Origin: Chiloscyllium plagiosum
Taxonomy: Eukaryota
Assembly (NCBI RefSeq): GCF_004010195.1
Contig: NC_057754.1
Coordinates: forward strand, 646,169 to 710,168
Length of the DNA: 64,000 bases
Reading direction: 5' to 3'
Of the stretch, positions 14,101 through 26,100 are shown piece by piece. The position numbers and the translations under genes are program-made. Under the pieces are notes generated by a model. It saw only the letters and a list, made by a program, of their open reading frames with translations, was not told the DNA's origin and searched no databases. Position 1 is the stretch's first letter; each line of letters starts with the position of its first letter.

Positions 14101-17100
14101 ACCCGCCGAAGCGCAACCCACCCGTACCCCTACATTTACCCCTTTAACCTAACACTACGGGCAATTTCCCATGGCCAATTCACCTGACCCGCACATCTTT
14201 GGACTGTGGGAGGAAACCGGAGCACCCGGAGGAAACCCACGCAGACACGGGGAGAATGTGCAAACTCCACACAGTCAGTCGCCTGAGTCGGGATGTCTTG
14301 CCTAAAATTAAGGCATGGGTCTTTGTAACCTCCATTCACCCATTCACCACTTTGTAACATCCCAAAAGGAGTTGCAGATGAAAAAGTACTTTTTGGGGTG
14401 TCAAAACGTAAGGAACCTGGCAGCCAGTTCACACAGAGCACATTCCCAGGGACAGCAGTTCACACAGAGCACATTCCCAGGGACAGCAGTTCACACAGAG
14501 CACATTCCCAGGGACAGCAATTTGATCATGAGGCAGTGTCAGATTTTTGTGATGTTGGCTGAGGGGTAAATGGTAAGTTTAGAACCCTAGGGAAACAGCT
14601 GCACGTATCCTTTGACTCATGTCGAAGTGGCACCAACAGCAGTGCAGGATTCTCGGTTAGTGCTCCAGTTTCTGGAGTCTGGCTTGAACTTTCAATTTGA
14701 TTCAGGGGCAAGAGTGCTACTTACTGAATCATAACTGAGACCACATGTGAAACATTAACTCACAAATCAGTAGGTGCCAGATTCTGCTCCTCAACTGCAG
14801 AGTTAGCCAGGGCAGTACAATTGCCTCCATCCCTATTGCTTTCTCCTCTCAAATATAGAATATTAAGGGGTAATCTGATTGAAGCATTTAAGGTGATTAA
14901 AGAGATGATAGAGACTAATTTCGTCTGGAGGAGGAAGCCCAGATCATGGCCAGATTTGTACCAAGCTATTCAGAGGTGATGTCAGGAAGAACAACTTCAG
15001 GCAAAGGGAGTGGAAATCTGGAACTCTGTCCCTACTAAAAGCTGCTGAGAGTAGACGTTGGGATGGCTGTCTGGACAGCATTGGGATAATCAAGACTCGA
15101 GGTTTGGCTGAGGCAGGGGTGGAGTTGGGTGATATTATGGAATTGGAAGTAGAGAGACTTCTCAGTAGCTTCTCCAGTGGGCTCTCCCACCATTTTGGCA
15201 CAGGGTAGCAGAGGCCAGTCCATAGGAGAGGAAACCGGAAATAACAAGCAAAGAAAGTCAGGGTTATAACAATAAAAGCAGATCCACCTCCTGTGCTGAG
15301 ACATCAGCTATTCGGGTAAGTGTTGGCATATCCTGTTCAGGCAGGAAGCAGCCTGGATTCTCTGCCAGAAAGGTATCTTGCCTGCATCTGTCGGTCTTCA
15401 CTGACATGGAAGTAGCTGTGAAGGGAGGGGAGAGGTGGCTGCCATCCCTTAAGAGTTTCTCTCCATCATTCTACAAAAGAAGCAGAAGTCTTTATCGAGT
15501 TACATCATATATGCAGCATGGAAACAGGCTGTTCGACCCAGCCAGATGATGCTGGTGCTTATCCTTCATAGCTCCCTCACCGTCTGTTCATCTCCACACC
15601 ATCCTTTTATTCCTCTCAGTCACCTCTTTATCCAGCTTGTCCCTTAAATGTACCAACATTTTGATAGTTGTTAAGTTGGTTTTAATTTTCCAAAATTCCC
15701 TTGATTTATTGAATTGGAAAATAGTGAATTTAATTCCTTTACTCAAAAAGGAAGGAGAGAAAAAGCAATCTACAGGCCAATTAGTTTAATATCTGTTAAC
15801 TGTAGCCTCATCCACCACTGGAAGTTCATTCCACACACGAATCACTCTCTGTGTAAAAATGTCACCCCTCGTGTCCTTTTTAAATCTTTCTCCTCTCATC
15901 GTTTAAAAAAAAACTTGTCTTTACCACTCATGATTTTGTAAACCTCTATAAGGTCACCCTTCAACCTCCTATGCGCCAGTGAAAAAAGTCCCAGTCTACC
16001 CAGCCTCTCCCTATAACTCAACCCTTCCATTCCCAGTAACATCCTGGTAAATCTTTTCTGGATCCTCTCCAGCTTAATAACATCTTTCCTGTAACAAGAA
16101 GACCAGAACTGGATACAGTATTCCAGAAGAAACCTCAGTGTTCAATATGACGTCCCAACGCCTTTACTCAAAGGTCTGAGCAATGAAGGCAAGTGTGCTA
16201 AATAGCTTCTTAACCACACCATTTACATGTGACTCAAACTTCAAAGAATTTGTATACCTGAACTCCTAGGTCCTAAACTAAGGAGTCACGAAGGAGATGC
16301 ATTATTCGAAATATTGTAACAGGTTTACCTATTGGTATAAAAACAGAAAAGGCTGGAAAAACACAGTATGTGTAAGCAGAACTTAGGGAGAGAAACGGAG
16401 CAAACGTATCATTTCAATGTATTCTAAAGAAGAACCATACCTTTAATAGATTGTATTCTGTGTTTAAATTCACTTTTGAAATGGAGCAAACCAACTATTC
16501 TCCATCAACATGGCAGATGGAAATTCTGACACAGTGTTTTCTGTTATTGTCTACCATAAGTCTATGTTCACAAGCAAATAAATATTGGGATTCCTATAGT
16601 TCCAAGGTAAATTTGTTTCAAGGTCAAATTTATTGGCAACTCCTTGAATAGGGCCCTAGCCATCTGGTCGCTTTGCAAGCTTGATGCTGAGGTAGGACGT
16701 AGCAAAGCTATTCTGTGCAATAGTGGTTACCCTGATCAAATCATGACTCCCTGTATTTCACACAAATTCATAAAATAGTCTAAACCTGTCACTTTTGACC
16801 TTGGAAGGTATCTGGTCTACTTCTGATTACTCTGAAAGGGAAGATGACAATATTTACTGTGAACCATCTCAGGCTGCAACTTTGTAGTAAACCCATGAGT
16901 GGTAGTTTCCGCTAATAGCACATTGCTATCAAGCCAAAAAGATGTTCTGCCTTCTACTTCAGTGAGTCATGTGGTATATGAGCTTTAGTGAGAGTGTAAC
17001 AACATATGTCGTCTGTCCCAACAACTATTGGACTTTATCAAACAACAAGTTCCATTGAACGTCTGCAGTGAAGAATGTGCTAATTGTGTTTAACCAAGCT

Positions 17101-20100
17101 ATGTTGGCAAAACTCAGAAAATATGTACAAAAATAGGTGTGATTCTGCTATTGAATGACATTTGCTAAATAACCCTGGCTGTGCTAGTAATTATGCTGAA
17201 AACAAATTTAAGACTTCCAGTCAGGCTTGAAGTATGATTCACCTTTGCACATTATCTATTCATTCATGGGATGAGGGTGTCACTGGCTAGATCAGCATCC
17301 ATTGCCCAACACCGGTTGTAGTTTGGTTCTTCATCAGCAACAGAGTGAAAGGGTACCCAGATACAATGTTATTGTATGAATGAGTGCACTTGAGGGGCTG
17401 AATGGCCTACTGCTACTCTTATGTTGTGTGTTCATATTTCCGAGAGCAGTTTTGAGTTTCAGCCACATTGTTGTGGGTCTGAAGTCATACATAAGCCAAA
17501 CCAGATAAGGATGGCGATTACCTTCCCTAAAAGACATCAGTGAACCAAATGGATTTTTGTTAACAGCGACTAATAGCAGATTTATTAAGAGAATTCAAAC
17601 TCAAGCTGCCGTGGTGGGATTTAAACACAGTTCCCAGAGCATTAGCCTGACTCTTTGGATTACTAATCCAGTGATATCGCAACTGCATCATCTGTCTTAT
17701 AAATAAATTTATGGAGAATAAAAATAGAGAATGTCTGAAATAACTGCACAAAAGCCGGTATCTGTCACCAGGTCACCCTTAATTTACTTGTGCACAGCAC
17801 ATTGGCTGTGGCCAGCCAGCTCAGAGTCAGTCCCCTGAACTAAGAAGAAATCTCCTGGTTATATATTTTTTTCTTGACTGAGGAGATTCTAATCTCCTGG
17901 TTATATTTTTCTTTTATTTCCAGGAATACCAGTTAACAAAACTGGCTTTGTAAACCAGCCGGTTTAGGAATCAGGTCCTCCTTAAAAAAAGCAGAAACCA
18001 ACAGCAGCAGGAACACACTGACTGTGGCCCAGCCAGCACAGAGGCAGTCCCCTAGACTGAGGGGATTCTAAATCTCCTGGTTATATTGGTCAGCCAGGGC
18101 TTTCCTGATTGTCCCAGGTTAACAGCCCCAATCAAGGATCTCATCGTCAATAAGAACCAGTGGGTTCCAAACACGACGGTGTCCCAAAAGTTTGTAGATC
18201 ACTGTTTAGGCCTTAACTGGAGGATTGTGAACTATCCTGGGCATAACACTTCAGGTAAAATGAAATGATACTTGAAACAGTTCAGAGGAGATTGAAAGGA
18301 TGTCATCAGGGATGGTAAAGGTATTTGATGGGCACAGAGGAGGTTTACCAGGAAGTTAGCAAGGATGAGGGGCTTCAGTGAAGTTGGAAAGTTGGGACTT
18401 GGAATGGAGAACATTTAGAGGTGACACAGTGGGCTGTAAGAGTTTGAGTATTGAGCTGCCTTCACAGAATGAGACAGTACGGAAGGAGGATATTTAGTCC
18501 ATTGAATCTGTGCAGGCCTTTTGAAAGAGTCATCCAATTAGATCCCATTCCTGCCCTTTGATCCCATTGCCCTGTCCTCTCCAGGATCAATCCAGTATTC
18601 TATGGCAAGTTACTGGCTCCATGAAGAGTACACCAATATTAAATGCCAGGGTTTTGTTGCCAGTTTGAGAGAGTTTTTGTTTAAGATATTGCTATTAGAC
18701 ATTAATTAGAATAAAATTTGCAGCAGGTTCTGGGGGAATCACCGTGGAAGACCTGCAGGGATGATATAATCGTTCGTGAAAGTTTACACTACAATGTCAG
18801 GGAGATTCAACACAAGCAATACACTGGTGAGTCAGCTGCCTATATGATACTCTGTTTCTGTGGTCATTGGGTAGATCTCAAAACTATTTATTGGGAGGTG
18901 ACGCACCCCATGGTACAATAACAATAAGAAGCAGCATAAAAGCTCAGCAAAGCTGAGAGGGATTTCATAACTTGGGGTTAGAAAGAAAACCGCTGGTTTG
19001 GACCTTGTGAATAATAGTCCCTTTATTCATTCATGGAGTGTGGATGTCACTGGCTGGGCTAGCGTTTGTTACCCATTTTGTTGCCCTTGAGAAGGTGGTG
19101 GTGAGCTGCCTGCAATTCACTGAACTGCAACACTAAGCTCCAAACTGATGGGAATGCAGTACATTCAGCTAGCTCACACTAACAGCAGAGGCAGGACTCA
19201 CTGGGTAGCTTTTTCAAAGAGCCTTTATAGACGCAATGGGCTGGATGACCTCATTCTGTGCTGCAAGAGTCTGTGACGCTCTGTACATTGAATAGGAGAA
19301 AGGTGTCATGCAGGGAGACATGGGCAGGGGTGTAAAATCAAATTAATGTTTGGTCTCTGCTAGTGCTTGCTCTAAGCTTGTTTTTCTAACTCGAGGTGGA
19401 TACAAGGTTGAGAGTGTGGTGCCTCGGTCAGCAGCATCCAAGGAGCAGGAGAATCGACGTTTCGGGAATAAACCCTTCATCAGGAAGCCCTTTCCTGATG
19501 GAGGGCTTATCCCCGAAACATTGATTCTCCTGCTGTGTCTTTCCAGCACTGCACTCTCGGTTCTGATCTCCAGCATCTGCAGTCCTCAGTTTCTCCCAGG
19601 TGGGTACAAGATGCAGATCAGAGCTAGGTTTGTTCAGGCCAGGGTATCTGGTGGTAAATAATAAATACCAGCTTTGCTGTGAACACACATTTCCACAATG
19701 AAAGTAATTTTTAAGTGTGAATTATTAAGATTATCTCACATCCTTTTCCCATTTTGCAATTCCTCAGCTCCTGCTGGATATGGATTAGAGGTATCAGATA
19801 TTTTGTCCTTGTGATTTAATTTGACCAGCATTGTAATGTTGTTCAGTCTATCATGCACGTGCTAACATTTTAATTGAAAATGCCTATCATAGCCCAGTTT
19901 CCTTGTCCGGTCTCCTTTTCTTCCTCAGCTCGGACTTATTCATGCCTGACAACAAGTTGTTGTTTTCTCACAAACTTTCATAAGAACCCTCTTGGTAAAC
20001 TGCTTCTTACCATTCCAGTGAAAGGTTATTCCCATTTCTAGCACAAACACTTCTCCTCTTCACCCTGCCCTCTCTGTAACTGTACTCATGTGAGCTGCTG

Positions 20101-23100
20101 ATTTTAATGAAACAGTAAGCAACAGAGTGAGAGATAGCGAGCTGTTATGCTGCCTGTTGTGGTGTTTACTGACCTGGCTGACACTGTGAGATGTCCTCAT
20201 ACATTCATTACTGCCTGTGTGAATGTGTAGGGCTGAAAGGCTGTGGAATTGTTCCTTGCAGTAACCACAGGTGAAAGAATATGGGGAATCTGCCTTCTCT
20301 TCCATCCCTTTCCTGTGCGACAAAGAAAGAATAAAAATAATGCATTTCATATCACATCTTTCACCAGCATGGCACGTCTCAAAATCTACTACAGCCAAAC
20401 AAACACTTCTAAAGAGTACCGACTGTTGGAAATTTGTAATTAGCAGCTGATTTCACACAGCAGACTCCCACATGTAGCACTGTCATATTGAATGTCTAAT
20501 CTGTTTAACCCTCTCGGCTGAGGGGATTTAAAAGAAGAACAAAGAACAGTACAGCACAGGAACAGGCCCTTCAGCCCACCAAGACTGCACGGACACGTGA
20601 TGCCTTTCTAAACTAAAAACCTTTTTCAGTATGAGTCCATATCCCTCTATTCTCTGTCTATCTGTCAAGGTGCTTCTTAAATGTTGCTGTTGTACATGCC
20701 TCCGCCACTTCCTCTGGCAGCGCGTTTTAGGTAGCTACCACTCTATATGTCTGAAAAACATGCCTCTCGCATCTCCTTTCAACCTATCACCTTCTACCTT
20801 AAACCTATGTCCTCCAGTAATTTACATTTCTACCCTGGGTAAAAGAATATCCATCCTATCCATGCTTGTCATAATCTTGTAAACTTCTATCAGGTTACCC
20901 CTCATCCTTTGGCATTCAAGTGAAAACAAACAAAGTTGTCCAATCTCTCCTCATAGCTAACATCCTCCGAACCAGGCAACATTCTGGTAAACCATTTCTG
21001 TACCCTCTCCAAAGGATGCATTTCCTTCTGGTAATGTGGCCACCAGAACTGAACACAGTATTCCAAATAAGGCCTCACTAAAGTTCTATACAGCTGCAAC
21101 ATGACTTGCCAATTTTTATACTCTATGCCCTGACTGACAAAGGCAAGCATGCCATATGCCTTTTTGACCACCTTATCTACTTGTGTTGCCACTTTAAGGA
21201 AGTTCCAGGACACCAGGCAAAATTCCCCTGCTTTCCTTCCAACAGTAGTTCTTAGGTCTTTCACATTCACCCAAGAGAGCAGTTAGTTCCTTGTGACCAT
21301 GTCTTGTGTGAAAGATAGCACCTTCAACAGTGCAGCACTCTTTCAATACTGACCGTCTGACAGTGTATCACTCCCCCAGTACTGACCCTCAGTGCTGATC
21401 CTCCAACAGTGCGTCACTTCCTCAGTACTGACTTTGCAAAGGTGCAATGTTCCCTCAGCACTGACCCATCAAAATGTGGCGCTTCCTCAGCACTGACTCT
21501 CCAACAATGTGTCACTACCAAAGTACTGACGCTCTGAAAATGTGGCACTCCCTCTGCACTAACCCTTTGAAGGTGCTGTGCTGACATTGGTAGTGGGCAA
21601 GTTGTTGGAGGGAATCCTGAGGGATAGGGTTTACACGTATTTGGAAAGGCAAGGACTGATTAGGGATAGTCAACATGGCTTTTGTGAGTGGGAAATCATG
21701 TCTCATGAACTTGACTGAGTTTTTTGAAGAAGTAACAAAGAGGATTGATGAGGGCAGAGCAGTAGAGATGATCTATATGGACTTCAGTAAGGTGTTCGAC
21801 AAGATTTCCCATGGGATACTGGTTAGCAAGGTTAAATATAAATGCGAGGTGCTGCATTTTGGGAAAGCAAATCTTGTCAGGACTTGTACACTTAATGGTA
21901 AGGTCCTAGGGAGTGTTGCTGAACAAAGAGACATTGGAGTGCAGGTTCATAAAGATTTACAAGGATGTTGCCAGGGTTGGAGGATTTGAGCTACAGGGAG
22001 AGGCTGAACAGGCTGGGACTGTTTTCCCTGGAGCATCAGAGGCTGAGGGGTGACCTTATAGAGGTTTACAAAATTATGAGGGGCATGGATAGGGTAAATA
22101 GGCAAAGTCTTTTCCCTGGGGTCGGGGAGTCCAGAAGTAGAGGGCATAGGTTTAGGGTGAGAGGGGAAAGCTATAAAAGAGACCTAAGGGGCAACTTTTT
22201 CACACAGAGGGCGGTACGTGTATGGAATGAGCTGCCAGAGGAAGTTGTATCTGGATGGATATATGAATAGGAAGGGTTTAGAGAGATATGGGCCACGTGC
22301 TGTCAAATGGGACTAAATTAGGTTTGGATATCTGGTCAGCATGCACAAGTTGGACTGAAGGGTCCGTTTCCGTTCCATATACCTCTATGATTGTATGACT
22401 CTACAACTTGGGAACAGAGATCTCAGTAATTCATCTTAATTGATCTGAGGATGTGACTACTCAGAGGCTATTTTGCAACAGAGAGTACTCTGTTAACAAT
22501 GTACTTAAGGGGAACAGGCCATTTAAGCATAAAACTATCTCAGTGAAACATTACAGCTGACTCCACAAGCAATACAGCAATCTCTATAGGCGGCACTCCT
22601 CTCAGTACAGAGTGGAAAAGTAATAATGTTCTGTTCTGCTTTCAGCTTAAGTTTAGTCTAAAATTAGTTGCCATGACACTCGTGACAACTCGCACCAACA
22701 TCTACCTTGGGTATGAACCCATTAAGATCAGGCAAAGCCTGTCACTGGTACTGACTGTCACTGTATTGTGGGTTGGAGGAGGAAGTTCCCTCCAGTGCCA
22801 TACATTACCTTTGGTCTGACATTCTCGCACAAGCCTGAGGAATTTGGTGAGCCTGCAAGAACAAAAACAATTCATCATCATTATCTCTCCATAGTGCTCG
22901 TAAAAGTGCATTTGAAGGAACTCATTATGTATTCACTCCTACACTCATTCAGTTTCCAAACCACAGTGTGGGCCAGTGATCTGACTGAGCCCAAAAGATC
23001 ATGTAAGTTCTGCATTCTGTCACTGGTGTGTGCTGCCTGAGGTGATATCTGCCCATTTGGTGCTGAGACTCTGGCCCTTTATGTTTTGTTACATCCAGGC

Positions 23101-26100
23101 TTAGCTGCTGGGTGGCACAGTGGTTAGCACTGCTGCCTCACAGCACCAGAGACCTGGGTTTAATTCCCGCTTCAGGCAACTGTCTGTGTGGAGTTTGCAC
23201 ATTCTCCCCGTGTCTGTGTGGGTTTCCTCCAGGTGCTCCGGTTTCCTCCCACAGTCCAAAGGTGTGCGGGTTAGGGTGGATTGGCCATGCTAAATTGCCC
23301 ATAGTGTTAGGTGAAGGGGGAAATGTAGGGGAGTGGTTCTGGGTGGGTTGCTCTTCGAAGGGTCGGTGTGGACTTGTTGGGCCGAAGGGCCTGTTGCCGT
23401 ACTGTAAGTATTCTAATCTAATCTAATCAAAAACCATCACCATCTCCATATTTCACAAACTTGGAGCATGATTCTGGGCAGTGGTAACCTCTGAGATGTT
23501 GAGGATTGTTTCAGTGAAGGCAAACCCATTGAATATCGTAGAAACCCAACAGAGGAGAAGCAGACCATTTGGCCCATCAATTCCATAATGAGCCTCTGAA
23601 GAACATCCCATCCATCCCTGCTCCCTACCCCGTAACCTCACTTTTACCATGGCTGACCCATCTATCCTGCATATCCCTGGACACTCTGGGTAATTTAGCA
23701 TTGCCAATCTGCTTAACTTGCATATCTTTGGACTGTGGGAGGAAACTGGAGCACCTGGAGGAAACCCACGCAAACACAGGGAGAATGTGCAAACTCCACA
23801 CAGACAGTCTCCTGAGGGTGGACTTGAACCCAGTTCCCTGGTGAGGCAGCAGTGAGCCACCATGCCACCCTGTCTTAAGGGGCAATGTTTAGATTCTCTC
23901 TTAGACGCTCATTGCCTGACATTTGCGTGACATGAATGTTACTTCGCCCACTACAGCTTTGTCACTCACTTTATCTGTACTCCTTTGGTGTAATCTCCTT
24001 ACAACTCACTTCCCTACTGATCTTTCTGTGATCAGCATATTTACCATTTACCACTGAACCTTCCATCCAAATCATTGAAATAAATGATAAAATATTGAGG
24101 TTCAATCACTGATCCCTGTGGCAAACCACTTTATACATATTGCAACCAGAAAATGACCCAGTTATAGAGTTGCCAACACTGTTTCCTATTAGCTAGCTAA
24201 TCTATCCATACAAAAGGTTAGTTCCTACACCATGAGATTTTATTTACTGTAATAACTTTTTGATATGAAGACTATCAAATGTCTTCTGGGAACTTAAGTA
24301 CTGTATATTGACTGGCTCTCCTTTACCCACACTGCATGCCAGTTCCTCAAAGAGCCCCAACAAATTAGTTAAATACTCTTTCACTAAACCATGTTAACTC
24401 TGCTCATTACCATGTGTTATTCTAGTGCCTTGCTGTAACATCTTAAATAGTAGCTTATAACATCTCTATTTTATATGTTAACTAGCCTTTAGTTTCCTGT
24501 TTTCTGTCTTCATCCCTTTTTGAATAAAATAGTTACGTTTCATTTCATTGCCGTCTTGCACGTCTTCTTGTTTCACTGCACGATTGGTTTCAGCTGTTTG
24601 GAGCCTAATCTCTGAATTTCTTCTCTAAATATCTCTGCATCTCTCTCTTTCTTGAAGTTACTACTTCCACTTACCTTTTTGACCAATCTTGTGGTAATGT
24701 CTGTCATAGTGCGATATTTAATTTTGACTGATGACATTCCTATGGGAAGTTCTCTTACATTAAAGGCACATAGAACTGCAAGTTTTATTTTAAGGGTTTT
24801 ACATTTAACCTGGTGATATTGAGCCAAGTAAGGAAATTAATAAAGAGGTGTCACCTGGTTTGCAAGTTCAGATAGGTCAAAGTTGGGATGGTGCCCAATC
24901 CCCACTCACTCCCTTCTCACTCGCATGTGATCACCTTCGTCATGATTTCCAGGGGAAAAAGAGAAGACAAAACAATGAAACTATTGAACCTAATATCTGT
25001 GACTGACTTCCTCCAGCGAGACGAGATATCAGCATATGGATCAGATTGAGTGCTTCAAACAGGAATGCTGTATCTCCACGTGCCCCTACCTGCTGCCAGA
25101 AGATGCCTGGTGGGCAGGCCTGTGATCCCACTTCTTTAGCAACTGGCATGTTCAGTGGACCCTGAAACTCTGCACATGCGGAGTGCTCGCCGTTCTCCAG
25201 CTCCTGCCTTGAACAGCCCATTGTGTACTGCATGGAGGGAGAGTTGTTGAGCTGCTGAGGACTCTGCACTGAAACACAAGGAGGAGAGTCAGTAATCAGT
25301 TGGTGGATTGAACACATTCAGGTCTGTGAAAAAATAGGCCTTTCAGCTGAACAGCATTGTGTTGGTGATTACACTGCACACAAACACTACACCATTCTAT
25401 TTCATTTCACCCCATTAGCATACTCTTCGATTCCTTTGTCCTCTTAAATTTATCTGTTGGATATGGAAGTGACCATTTTATATATATTTATGCCCACGGT
25501 TCAGTTATTTCTGAAACATCTCTATGCCTAATGTTTCATATCTTAAAACCTCCTCTAGGTTAGGACATTAATAATATTGTCAGTTCAGTTGATCAGATTG
25601 GTTTACCTCTCTTTATTAAACTTTGCGTTTCCATCGGACCTTACTACTTCACACAGCTGATTGAATGTTCTTCATTATGTTGGATATCCAGAAGATCTCC
25701 CAAAACACAGTGTGCAATGAGAAACTGGGGTAACATTGCTTGTGAGAAGAGTGTTGACCAGAGAGAATTCCCCTGTTTGACAAAACCTCACATTTAAAAG
25801 TCTTCAATAAGCAGATAAAGAGGAGGAAAACTCTTCTGCCAATGAGGCACTAGTACTTTGAGGCACTTTACCTGAAGGTACTGGTGAAATCAACTGACCT
25901 AAGTTATAGCCTGTGATTAGTCAAGACACATATGGGTTTAAAGGAGATCTAAATAAATGCAAGGGAGAAAGGAACAAAAGGATATGTTATGGGGGAGAAG
26001 GGAAGATGAAGCGGGGTGGGAGTAAATTTGTGTAGAGCAGATAAACAGCACAGAGCAGTTGATCTGAATGGCCTGTTACTGCAGTAGCCATTGTATATCT

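Noticed and set aside
23111..23185. tRNA gene
   Set aside because: The A/B boxes belong to a SINE head that continues into the SINE core; no complete cloverleaf.
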